64,000 bases of DNA, from positions 2,914,001 to 2,978,000 of the forward strand of contig NC_087437.1 in the NCBI RefSeq assembly GCF_036321535.1, given 5' to 3'. Both the position numbers and the translations under genes were made by a program. The DNA is from Camelus dromedarius. Taxonomy: Eukaryota. This document shows, in pieces, positions 12,353 to 23,879 of this stretch. Positions within the stretch are counted from its first letter, which is position 1, and every line of letters begins with the position of its first letter. Below the pieces are notes generated by a model. That model did no database searches, was not told the origin of the DNA, and saw only the letters and a program-made list of their open reading frames with translations.

Positions 12353-13419
12353 AAATGCAGTAAAGGAAATAATATATACATTTCAAAAGGTCAACATCTA
12401 GGTGTGCTTTACTGAGCTGTAATTTACACACCTTAATATTCACCCGTTGTAAGGGTCAATACAGTGGTTTCAGTAAATTTATGGAATCGTGCAAGTATCA
12501 CAACCCAATTTCTGAATATTTCCATCCAAGTATACTGCTTTTTATGCAATAAGGCTATGTCTGAAAGGTGGGGAAAGAAAATACTATAATTTCTATTGAT
12601 TTGCTTATCTTTTCTAGACTCTTGAGGAGGAAAGATGTTGACCCAGGGCGCAGGGAGCCACCACAGCTCCTTAGAGCAAACCAAAGATGGGTGGAATTTC
12701 CAGAATGGTGACTCTAAAAATCAGTGGCACCCCATGTGACATCGTTTGATGGGCTATAAAATAAATTGTGCAGAGGCCTCCTGGGGGCAGTTAAGCAGAC
12801 ATGCAACTTTTAACTCATTGGCCTGTTGTTATAAAGTTCCCTCGTATTCCATGTTGACCTTACACATCCTAGGATATCAGAGCGTCTGGATCTAGAAAGT
12901 TGAGATGATGACTTGGGCTGTTTTGCTCTGGCCTCCCCTCTCTGGCCTGCTTGGTTTTGGCTTGGACTTCATGTCCTCCAGGCCGCTCTCTCTGACCTTC
13001 CATCTCCCCTTCCCAAGTACGGGTTCTATTTTCCTCCATAAAATCCGATAATGATGGCTACATTTTATTTATCGCGCCGTATGGTTTTATCCTTCTCCCT
13101 TGATGTCTCCCCTTTAGATTCTAAGTGACCTGAAGGTACAGGATTCTTTTTCCCCCTTTCAGTAGTAAAAACTCCACTTAGATTTCATATGTGAATTCTA
13201 GTTCACCAGAGAATGGAAAAGATACCATGGCACATCTGACTTGAAATTTTTCTAGAAGGGGGCTAGAGAAGATTGATTGAAAAGTGTTGGGAGTCACTGT
13301 CACTGGAAGGATGAAAACCCACTGGAAAAGAATATAAAACATCTCTGAATTGTTAATGTCAGTAAATGTGATCAGGTGGTGGTGTTTGGAGGCAAGAGCT
13401 ATTTAAGAAGATTTCCATA

Positions 13420-13590
13420 TTGTGAGAATCACCAAAATGTGACACAGAAACACGAAGTGAGCAAAAGCTGTTGGAAAAATGGCGCCAATAGTCTTACTTG
13501 AGGCAGGGTTGCCACAAACATTCAATTTGTAAAAAAAAAAAAAGCAGTATCTGCAAAGCATAATAAGCAACGTGCAATTAAAAAAAAATA
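13420..13590. mobile_element. Tigger2-family terminal fragment
   Basis: 'accaaaatgtgacacagaaacacgaagtgagc...gttggaaaaatggcgcc...cagggttgccacaaac'. Confidence 0.75.
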
Positions 13591-14894
13591 TTTCCAGTTA
13601 TAAAAATGTATTTCATAATAGTCACATACACATTATTGGGTCCCCTAAACTTCTAGATTATTTAGAATTTATTTATTTTCCCCACTCCCTGAATCCTAGA
13701 AGTCTGGAGATTTTCCTGGAATTGCTTAACATTTGACAACAGCTTTAAGCATGGATTCTAAATTCTCATTTGATTCAATTTTCTGTAACTGCAGTTCTCA
13801 CTTTAAAAAATATTTTAAAATGTATAATATGTTGCCTGAAAAACGACTTTCTCACGTGACATTTGCAAATGTTCTATCCACAGCAATTTGATTTTCTTTT
13901 GGCTACCATATGACTGTGTGTGTTCTGAAGGTCTGGAGCCTTATTTTAAATATGAACTTGGAGGCCAGTAATGATTCAGGCTTTGAAGCTCTTGTTGGAA
14001 TAGATGTCTGCGTCTCCTTGTATCGTCTCTACTTTAAAGGACAGACACTTCTGCTGATTCACATTTGAACAACGAATTGTGCACCTCAACAAAATTTCTC
14101 TGTTTTTGTTTTGCCTTGTGTTCCATGTTCTAGAAAATGTTGCTTGCTTGTTGAGGCTTTTTTTTTTTTTTTTTCTTACTGTTCCCTGGAAGCAAATGTA
14201 ACTGCTTCTGATTTCGTTATTTGCTTGTTTATTAAGAGCAAGGGAGAGTCTGCAGTCTGGATGGCAATTTAGGCAGCTAATTGTCTCCAATGATCTTTCT
14301 GAGGACCAGTGTCTTTTCCTGATTTGGTATTTCCTGGAATTTCTCCACATAATTGAGGGATTGCCGGGAAGGCACAGCAGAGCCACTGCTAAACAGGTTC
14401 AACTTTGGTAGCAAAGGGAGAGGAAGGGGCTCGCCCTGAAGGTCAGCGAGCAGCGCTGCTTCTCTCCTTCCTGTCTCTGGCAAAGCCACTTTATGCTAAG
14501 CTGGGGTGCAAGTTCAGATGAAACTGCAACAGTTATTTGTACACATGATCTTTTCTCCTGGGGGCTAGAGATGGGACTGGGCTTTTGCTGGACACCTCGT
14601 GTGCCTTAGAGCTCTTCAGAGCCACAGAGGAGAAACGGGACTGAATGATACAAACTGTCCCTGTTTCCTGTGATTCTGAAGGTTTCATCCAACTGGTGAC
14701 GGCGGAATCTTGACTGAAAGAGACTTTCAGTATCAATCTCAGGGATTTCCTGTTACCCTTTTCACTATGCTCCCTCCCCGACTCCATGCAACCGACACTT
14801 TGTTTTTTTGAACTTCTGATGCATAGAGTTATGGTTGGCCTTCTTCTCAGTTCATGGTGCACTATCACAGAGCTCCCTCTCTTGCTTTATTTTA

Positions 14895-15045
14895 TTAAAA
14901 ATTTGTTTTGTCTTGTTTTGCTTTTTTTGGGGGGGAGGAGAAGGTAATTAGGTTTGTTTGTTTGTTTGTTTGTTTACTTTAATGGAGGCACCAGGACCTC
15001 GTGCATGCTAAGCATGCGCTCTACCACTGAGCTATACCCTCCCCC
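14895..15045 (-). mobile_element. vic-1-like SINE with an internal deletion in the B-box region
   Basis: 'aatggaggca|ccaggacctcgtgcatgctaagcatgcgctctaccactgagctataccc'. Confidence 0.9.
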
Positions 15046-15179
15046 TCTCGTTTTATTTTTAACGTCTCTTTTATGTCTTAGCCTCCCTCGCATTCTTTAT
15101 GCGTGGTCTGCACCTCCCTAGGCACCATCTTTAATGTGTCACATGGGTATCTTGAGTACGTGTGGATTCTTAGAAAACA

Positions 15180-15830
15180 TAGTGTGTGTGTGTGTGTGTG
15201 TGTGTATCTCTTGGGTAGTGTTACTCGGTAACCTTATTTCTGATTTTTACTTTTATCACTTACCACTGACTTCCTGAGATTTAGTCGTGTTGTTCTGTCA
15301 CATTGAACATCTAGTTCACTGCTTCTAATTCCAGCAGACTATGCCACAGTTTGTGTCTACATTTGATTTCTTAATTTCCCTAATGAATAAACCAGGCTGC
15401 CTCCAATTTCCTGTTCCCACAAACAGAACTCCGACGAACATCCTTGACTTCTTTGGGATCTGCGTGAGGGTTTTTTTAGGGAATATGTCGTGGAGTGGTT
15501 ATGCTGGGATCTCAAGGACACACACACTTATCTCCACTCTTGACAACCAGATTTATTTCCAAAATAGCTGTACAGGCTCATAATTCCAGTAGAAGTATGT
15601 GAAGTTTGCTATTTCTGGACATCCTTGTCAGCACTTGGTGTCTGACTTTCTTTCTTTTGCTAATGTGATGGGCAAAAAGTGGCCTCTTATTTTGATTTGC
15701 ATTTCTCTGATTGTTAGTAATATTAGCTTTGGGGGTTTCTCTTTTTTTGGAATTGCCTAGTCTTTTTTTTTGGTGGTGTTCAATTTTTATTTTTATTAGC
15801 ATTTCAGTCTTTTACATCAAACTATATTTT
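15180..15830 (-). mobile_element. Ancient L1 (L1ME-like) 3' region
   Basis: 'ttgatttgcatttctctgatt', 'catccttgtcagcacttggtg'. Confidence 0.65.
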
Positions 15831-16059
15831 GTTGGAAATTTTATAATTGCTAGAAATTAATAAGTAATAAGGAATTTGTTTTCCTATTTCAATATGCCTA
15901 TATCTCTGCCTGACTTTTCATCTGTTGACAATGGCTTCCTACCAGCCTTTCTATAATTCCAGCTAAAATAAGTCTGATTTATCTGTTGGCTTAGATGGCC
16001 ATATCCTAGTATAAACATTTCTCTCTCTTTTTTTTTTTTGGCAGTATCTAATAACTTTG

Positions 16060-16803
16060 TTTATTTTTTTATTGAAATATAGTCAGTTTACAATGTTGCA
16101 TCAGTTTCTAGTGTTACAGCACAGTGTTTCAGTCATCCATATACATACATATATTCTTCTTCATATTCTTTTTCATTATAGGTTACTACAGGGTATTGAA
16201 TATAGTTCCCTATGCTGTATAGTAGGAACTTGTTGTTTATCTATTTTATATATAGTAGTTAGTATCTGCAAATCTTGAACTCCCAATTTATCCCTTCCCA
16301 CCTCTTCCCTTCCCTGGTAACTATAAGTTTGTTCCCTATGTCTGTAAGTTTGTTTCTGTTTTGTAAATAAGTTCATTTGTGTCTTTTTTTTTAGATTACA
16401 CATATGAGTGATATCATATGGTATTTTTCTCTCTCTTTCTGGCTTACTTCACTTATAATGACAATCTCTAGGTCCAACCATGTTGCTGCAAATGGCATTA
16501 TTTTATTCTTTTTTATGGCTGAGTAGTATTCCATTGTAGAAATATACCACAATTTCTTTATCCAGTCATCTGTCAATGGACATGTAGGTTGCGTCCGTGT
16601 CATGTCTATTGTAAACAGTGCTGCTGTGAACATTGGGGTGCATGTGTCTTTTTGAATTAGAGTTTCCTTTGGATGTATGCCCAGGAGTGGGATTGCTGGA
16701 TCATAGGGTAAGTCTATTTTTAGTCTTCTGAGAAATCTTCATACTGTTTTCCATAGTGGCTGCACCAAACTGCATTCCCACCAACAGTGTTGGAGGATTC
16801 CTT
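16060..16803 (-). mobile_element. Young L1 3' end (ORF2 C-terminus + 3'UTR)
   Basis: ORF 16391-16633 'MFTAALFTI...DDWIKKLWYISTMEYYSAIKKNKIMPFAATW' matches the L1 ORF2 tail. Confidence 0.95.
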
Positions 16804-18837
16804 CTGCACACACTTTCCAGAGTTTATTTAAACATAGCGTTTCTAATATCCTTTTCAAAAGTTTGAAGGTAGAATGTTGATGACATGCCTTTGAGAACTC
16901 CTAGCAAACTCCTAGGAGTCCATCATCATGGATCTAACTCTCTAAAAGGAATTAAAACAAAATCTTCCTAAAACCTAGAGTATTTCTTCCTGGATATAGG
17001 GTTATTTGAGACTGGTCATTTGACTAATCAATATAGTGGTTCTGCTCCATGAAGGAAGGGTCTTATAAACTCACACTGGCTGCCTGTAAAGTAAGTGATG
17101 CTGTTAGAATGAGAGGCGTCAGCCTGCTTTGGCCTTCTTTCCAGAAGCATTCATTTAGGAATATTTATGAAGAAGAGTCAGGTGAATTCTGCCCTCTTGT
17201 ACAATCTGGTCATCATTCAAGTTCCCACCCTTGGAGGGAGCATCTTTGTTCCAGTGATGCTGTGCTTGTTCAGAATATTATGGGGCTCTTAATATTTTAC
17301 AAGTATGAAAAAACCAAGTGATTATAACCTGGGCCACCACTGTTTGGAGCTAGGGCTGCTGAGCTGCTCTTGAGAAGAGTGGACCTTTCACGCAGGTTTC
17401 CCCTCTCACCTGTGCATGCCCCTGCGCCTGTGTGGACCTCAGCTTTCTCAGGCTGTAATGATCCTTCACTCGCAGGAAGGCCAGGAAGGTAAAGACGACA
17501 GCCGAGGTGAAAGTCCTAGCCCAGAGAAGGGCGCATAATTAACGCCTGCAAATGTTACTTACACTGGAATCCGAATTAGTTTCAAAGTCATTATGAGCGT
17601 CACAGAGGGGGCCTTGTCTAACTTCTGGAAGGTACCGAGGCCGAATGCATGTGAGTATCACAGAGCTCTGTTTTTGGTGTTCAGATGTGTCTTGGTGAGA
17701 TGCCACGACTGCCACCCTTTCTCTGTGAACAGGTCTGTTCTGTTTCCCATTAAAGTGTCCCAACAGTGGCCTCTGCTGTGGGGAAGCAACAGTACTAAGT
17801 TTGGGTTGTTACAGAGTGACCTGAGGGTGTCCGGGAACCTGCCAGGGAGTGAGATCTCTGTTTCTATCTGAAGTCAGTCCACCCAATACAACATTCTCAG
17901 GCTGATGGGAACAGAGAGGTCCAGCTTGGATTCCAGGGACAGATTTTCACTCTGTCTTAACCATTTGGATGAGGCTGTTGTGGGCTTTTGAAAAATACTT
18001 GTCACTGATAGTTTTGTTATCTAAGAAATATCTTTCTCAGGTTCCTATCAGGTCCTCTGAGCTTCGTTCTTATTTTGACAGAGGCTAGATCCTGGATTTA
18101 CAAGGCCCGTTCTGCGACAGTGCTGAGTATGCAAATGAAAACTTCTCAAAAGATGCTGAATGTCAGGGAGGCAGCTCTTCTGCCAAAGACTATTGATGAG
18201 TTCTCAGGGGTGCCTTTTAAAATTTAAAAACCCATGAGCTCCAACGGCTGGCCAAGGCAGAACTCAGACCTTCGCACTGCAGCTTGAGAGGAATGACTGG
18301 ACGTAAGGACCAGTAGGATGCTGAGGGGCTTACTCACGGGCTCTGGGGTGCAGACCTGAGCTGGGCCTCCAGGACCACGACATCAGAGCACATGGTTTTG
18401 AGGGAGGAGAATTGGTAGGAGGGAGGAGAATCGGTAGAAGGGAGAGGAAGTGCTGATGCTCTCACTAGGCATGGCGGGACAAGTAGCTTCTTTGCCTGTA
18501 GGGAGGGGCTCTTTCTTCTCAAGCTACCTGGGGACCTTGTCAAACCAGAGTCTCCATGCAAGGGCATGGCTCAAAGGTGAAGAGGAGGACAGGGAGGCCA
18601 ATTTCAAGGAATATGCCAACAAGGCTTTCCTGGACGGTAGAAGTCTGGACTGTAGAAGGCAAAAATTTGTAGACAGACCGCAAAGCCAGGAACTAAGAAA
18701 CTCAGGAACTCTGTGGTCTGTTTACAAACTGCCTTTGCATCTCTTTACCTGACACCCAGTACAGCTCTCTGGCTTTGATCTGGGCTTGCCCTTGGCTACT
18801 CTGAAACTGTGAAGCATACATGCACATGGAAGCCTGC

Positions 18838-18925
18838 CACCACCATGACCACCACCACTACCACCATCATCACCACCTCTGCCATCACCACCATCACCAC
18901 CACCATCACCCCCATCACCACCACA
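18838..18925. repeat. (CAC/CAT)n trinucleotide repeat
   Basis: Directly visible. Confidence 0.9.
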
Positions 18926-19373
18926 ACAGTAATAATAATATTTTAAGATCTGGTACAGGGGCCCTGGGGGCAGGCCAGGAACAAGAGTTACCCTCCTTTG
19001 CTGGGGGAAGGTCCAGGTGTTCAGTCTACTTTATATTTTCTGAATGAACATTTGTCTGCGGATGTGATGATGTTAAAATAATAACAACATCATCACAGTT
19101 TTTGCTGCTAATTCTAGACATTGGAAAACCAACAAGACAAGGAGAAAGACTGAAAAAGTGGCTTGTTCATATGCAAGTTGTTGCCATCATTCACATGTAT
19201 CAGTTATGACTTAGAAATAATTATCAAGCAGCATAACATGACCATGGTTAGCATTAGATGTGTTATTTTGTGGGGGCTAGAAACTCAGCTCAGTTTTACT
19301 TGGCTTTCAAAGTTTGTTGTCCATAGGACAACAATCAGTAGGAGTTCCAAATAAAGTAGAATAGATATGTATC

Positions 19374-19870
19374 CCTTACTGAGTCCAAACTCGTTCTGCT
19401 TGCTGCATGACAGGCCAATAAATTGGGAGATGAGATGTTGGGGAAGGAATAACAACTTTATTCAGAAAGCCAGTGGACCGAGAAGATGGGAGACTAACGT
19501 TCTGGAGAACCATCTTCCCTAAGTCAGAATTCAGGCTCCTTTTATACTAAAAAGGTGTCGTTGGTTGGTGCAAGCTTCTTGGTGTGGGAATCCTTTGTTT
19601 TTGCAGCTGTCCACCTAGGTCAGGTCGTGGTGTTCCTGTAAACCTCCAACAAGACAAGAGTTATTTTCTGTTCTGCAATTTTGTATCTTCATGGGAATGG
19701 GAACGTGTTCTACCCTTAAAGGTCGGAGCCTGGGGAATGGGCTCTCCCGTCTGTTTGAGGCTAGAGGGACCATGCTTTTACAAAAGGTGGAGAACCAGCA
19801 ACACTAAGCACAGGAAACCAAGTACAGGGTTAGAACTGATTCGGAGTCAGATTTGTTCTTGCCTATTACA
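19374..19870 (-). mobile_element. ERV1-class solo LTR
   Basis: 4-bp TSD TATC (19370-19373, 19871-19874); ends ...attaca; antisense AATAAA ('ctttattcag'). Confidence 0.8.
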
Positions 19871-20682
19871 TATCTATTTCTACTTCCATTGCTAAGTGAG
19901 TGTATAACTTAGAGTTCCCAGTAAATCAACATGTGATATTTCCCGCAGAGATATTGTTGAAGCACTTTGAGATCCTTGGAGGCAAGTTTCCTTTTTTTAA
20001 CCAATGAATAATTGTGGCGTTCCAGACAATAGTATTGACAAAAGAAGGAGGAAGAGGAAGCTGGGTGCAGAACGGGGCTCAGTAAATATCATAGGGGAAT
20101 AGATTGAGTCACCCTGCCGGAGTCATGTCCACAGTTTGCTGCCTTTAAAATGCCATTAGCCTTTTCTACTTATGTCAAAATGATGATGTATCAGTAAACA
20201 TCATCCCTCTGTGTCATCATGCCAGAACTTCTTCATCATTCTTACTTGCCTTCACTATCTCCCCAGCAGACAGCTGAGATGAACTGATGGGACTTATATG
20301 TCCCAATATCCCTTAGAAAGTTTCTCTTGTTAATTAGGAACATGTTCCCCTGAAAACAAAAGAAAGGCCAACTGAGAGAAGTTTAAAAAAGGTGTCTGTT
20401 TTTCTCACTTAATACAAAGCACAGAGGCAAAAATATATATGCTTCTTTATGTATATGTTATATATATAGTATACATTCAATTACATCATCAATATCCGCC
20501 ATTACACTAGACACCTAATGAGAGATGTTTGGCTCTCCGTGTAGAATCACTGTGAAACAACGGCCACACACGCAGACTGATAGCCACGTGTTGACTTCCT
20601 GGTGACTCTAATCCAGGAGCAGAATTGCCTTTGGTCATGTGATTTTCCAAAGCAGTGAACACCTCTTAATAAAGTGCTGATT

Positions 20683-21416
20683 GACAGATTACTATGTAGC
20701 AAATAGACAAACTATGTAGAAAATAGACAAACAACAAGGACATACTGGATAGACAGGGAACTATACTGAATACCTTGTAATAACATACAGTGGAAAAGAA
20801 TCTGAAAAGAAAGCATATATATATGTATGTGATAGACACGACCAAATCCACTTTGATCATCTGCTGCTATTTTGGGACAAGCGGAGCCAGCCGCAGTCCA
20901 CAACCTCAGCCTTCTGCAAAACCCACCAATCAGCATTTACCCTTCAGCATACCTCATCTGCATAACAACTTCTGCCTTCTCCCTGTAAAACCCCCCCTGG
21001 ACCTGAGTCAGAGCTACTGGCTGGAAAGTTCATCCCATACACCCTTTTCTCCTTCAGACACACCTCTTTCACTTTCAGAACCCCTCATTTGCATAAGAAC
21101 CCACCAGTCAGCTCCTAACCCTAGGTATAAATAACCAAGCCTGTAGGCGGAGTGCGGGCTTCAGTCTGACTGAGGATCCTTTCTGTGTTTCTCGTGATAA
21201 ACTGACAGCCATTGAGCTGCCTCTGGTCCTTCCTTTCTTTCCAATTCTAAAAGTATGTATGAATGTATATGTATATGTATAACTGAATCACTTTGCTGTA
21301 CACCTGAAACTAACATGGTAAATCAACTACACTTCAATGAAAAATAAAATTAAAAATAAACAAATAAATAAAAATGTAAAATAAAAACAAAAAAAGTACA
21401 ATTGAAGTTCAAAGAA
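20683..21416 (+). mobile_element. L1 3'UTR fragment nested in the retrocopy
   Basis: 'aatagacaaacaacaagga...aactgaatcactttgctgtacacctgaaact'; TSD aaagTGctgatt / aaagCActgatt. Confidence 0.85.
20830..21252 (+). mobile_element. Solo LTR (family unassigned) nested in the L1
   Basis: 5-bp TSD GTATG (20825-20829, 21253-21257); TG start; CCAAT 20926, ATTTGCAT 21087, TATAAATA 21126. Confidence 0.75.
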
Positions 21417-22051
21417 AAAGCACTGATTAAATTTAAAAAATAAAAATAAAATAAATAAATACAAAGCACAGAGGCAGTGGTGCAGCTGCCCAATGGTGGC
21501 CCTGGGGACTCAGGCTCTGTCTTCCCTCTCTCCATCCTTCCTGGGTCATCCTTCTGGTTGAAGATGGCAAGGTGGCTATGTCTCCAGGTCTCATGACTGC
21601 AGGAATAAAAATGAATGGTGGAAGGATGTCTTTTCAGCAAGACTAGGCTTTTTATCCAGGGACTTTTGCCTATATTTCATTGATCAGGCATGTGCCGTAG
21701 GACCACCACTGTCTACCGGGGAGGCTGGGAAGTTACAACTTTGGATGGCTGTACTGCTACCCTGAACCAGTCAGGTTAGTTGAGGGGAGCAGGAGGGTGG
21801 GATGTGTGAGTGAAGATGGGAAATGGCCATTTGGCAGGTATGAGCAGTGTCTACACCAAGAATTAACTGGTCACATGATTGAGCAATGGGTGCTCTCTGA
21901 CACACCTTGGAGATGCCCTGCTTTATGCTCATACAGACATGGGTGAGGCAGAGTTTATAACCAGTCAGTTGCTTCAGCCAAGGGTCCTGGAGGGAAGCTA
22001 GAACCTCTGCTTCTCTGTCATCTGCCTTCAAGAATATTAGAGTCCCACCCT

Positions 22052-22335
22052 ACTTCAAAAAGACACCTGCACCCCAATGTTCATAGCAGCACTATTTATA
22101 ATAGCCAAGACATGGAAACAGCCTAAATGTCCATCGACAGATGACTGGATAAAGAAGTGGTATATTTATACAATGGAATACTACTCAGCCATAAAAAACA
22201 ACAACACAACGCCATTTGCAGTAAAATGGATGCTCCTGGAGAATGTCATTCTAAGTGAAGTAAGCCAGAAAGAGAAAGAAAAATACCATATGAGATCACT
22301 CATATGTGGAATGTAAAAAAAACCACAAATGAACT
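22052..22335 (+). mobile_element. Young L1 ORF2-tail fragment truncated at both ends
   Basis: ORF 22077-22316 'MFIAALFIIAKTWKQPKCPSTDDWIKK...'. Confidence 0.92.
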
Positions 22336-22849
22336 GCTGGCTGTGGGGCTTGCCCTTGTCTTCTTGTACCTGAAGGTCCTCTGGGAAGGCCAGCAGGTCA
22401 TGACCATGGTGGTTCTGGAGGGTGAGAAGCAGCCCAGACTCAGAGGGTGTGGGGTTCAGTCCTGGCTTCAGTAGTTTGATCTCCCACAGCTACTCCCCAG
22501 GCTGGGAAGTCATGTTGATGTATCTCCTATGAGAGGACAGCCATGTGGGTGAAAGGAATTGATGCTGCCTATTAACACCTTGAGCTCATGTGACATAACA
22601 AAGAGTCTTGTGACAGGCATTGACATGATATTTCTTCCCTTTCTTTTAAAAAATTAAATAAAAACATTAACTTCATTATAAAACTAAAAAAGTAGTGTTA
22701 CAAAAAGTTGTTAGGGAGAGTCTCTCTACATCTTGTCCCACTCCCTAAACTTAGCTACTCTCTAGACTGTGATACACCCTTCCAGACTTCCTCAATGCTC
22801 TTCTGTGTAATTATATAAATGTAAATTAAAGAGTGTATTTAAAATGCAG

Positions 22850-23465
22850 GACTGTGCTATACATAATAGTCTGCCCCTTGTTTTGCTTTTATATACTATG
22901 CATTACAGATATTTTTGTATTAGCATATATGGAATCTATCTAATATGTACATATGTAATATGTACATATCTAATATGTACATAGTATTTGATAAATAAAA
23001 ATATTTGACATAGATGGAATTAGTGAGCATAAGAAAACAAATTTGGTGAACCTAGCACCTCGGTTGGAAACAGACAATTACCAGCACCATGAAGGTTCCT
23101 GGGTGCCCACCCCATCCTTCACTGCATCCCCCTGTACCTGCCCTGGAGGGAATTGTGATCCTGAATTTTATGATTTCCTTCACTTTTCATAAAACAATTT
23201 TCTAACATATATGTATGTTTTTGTAGATGATACATAGTTTAGTTTTGTGCTTTAGAGAAATGGGACCTGCTATATATGGGTCTTGTGGCTTAATCTTTTT
23301 CACTCAACCATGTGTATAGGTATCTATATGTGTATAGCTATAGTTCAACTATTTTTAATACTGTATCATATTCTTTTGTGTGGTTCCTCCTGAAAATTTA
23401 GCCATTCTCCTACACAAGAATACTGTGCTTGTTTCCAGTATTTGCTGTTGTGACCAATGAAGCTA
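22850..23465 (-). mobile_element. Ancient L1 (L1ME/MC-like) 3'UTR fragments, including a 3x15-bp tandem at 22938-22982
   Basis: 'tttttcactcaacc', 'ttgtttccagtatttgctgttgtgaccaatg'. Confidence 0.55.
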
Positions 23466-23879
23466 TGAAGAGAGAAGGCACTCCGGCACACACACAAACA
23501 CACACACACACACACACACACGCACAAAACACCAGGTGCCATGGAGACTGCAAGCTGGAACCCTGCCTACCATCACTGCTCTACATTAAGCAAATGACAG
23601 CAAAGAACTGTTATTCCTTTTTCTCCCAACTAGAGTGGAGGAAACGGTAAAGACAGGGAAGCAGGAGAAAGGGGTTCTTTAAATGTGTTATGAAGTCCTG
23701 GGCACACTGCTGAGTGGCCCATGAGTGGAACTGACTGGAATCAACTCAGTACTGAGAAACTGAACTATGGCATAGAGGACTCGCAGGTTTCAAACGGACC
23801 TCTGGTATCAAGAAGGGCAGGCCAGATGACCCCTGCAAAGGTTTTACATCTAAATGGACATACAAATCACAACCCACAA

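Larger units (their letters stand above)
20430..21457 (+). pseudogene. 5'-truncated retrocopy of an unidentified polyadenylated RNA 3' end, later interrupted by L1 and LTR
   Basis: Perfect 19-bp TSD AATACAAAGCACAGAGGCA (20411-20429, 21458-21476); AATAAA at 20668; A-rich tail at about 21435-21457. Confidence 0.7.
20325..21770 (-). mobile_element. MLT1-family MaLR LTR, split by the 20430-21457 insertion
   Basis: 'ttttctcacttaatacaaagcacagaggca|gtggtgcagctgccc...gttgaagatggc...gaggctgggaag'. Confidence 0.6.

Noticed and set aside
11760..12443. 227-aa ORF, the longest in the window
   Set aside because: It is the translation of a (CTTT/CCTT)n microsatellite plus a SINE.
16029..16060. Possible short L1 3' transduction between two T-tracts
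   Set aside because: No TSD found at the other end of the L1 to delimit it.
18820..19047. Poly-histidine ORF
   Set aside because: A (CAC/CAT)n microsatellite with no supporting exon structure.
22334..22474. Hydrophobic frame LLAVGLALVFLYLKVLW resembling a transmembrane segment
   Set aside because: No in-frame start or acceptor before it (it abuts an L1 fragment), it is short, and I recognise no homologue.
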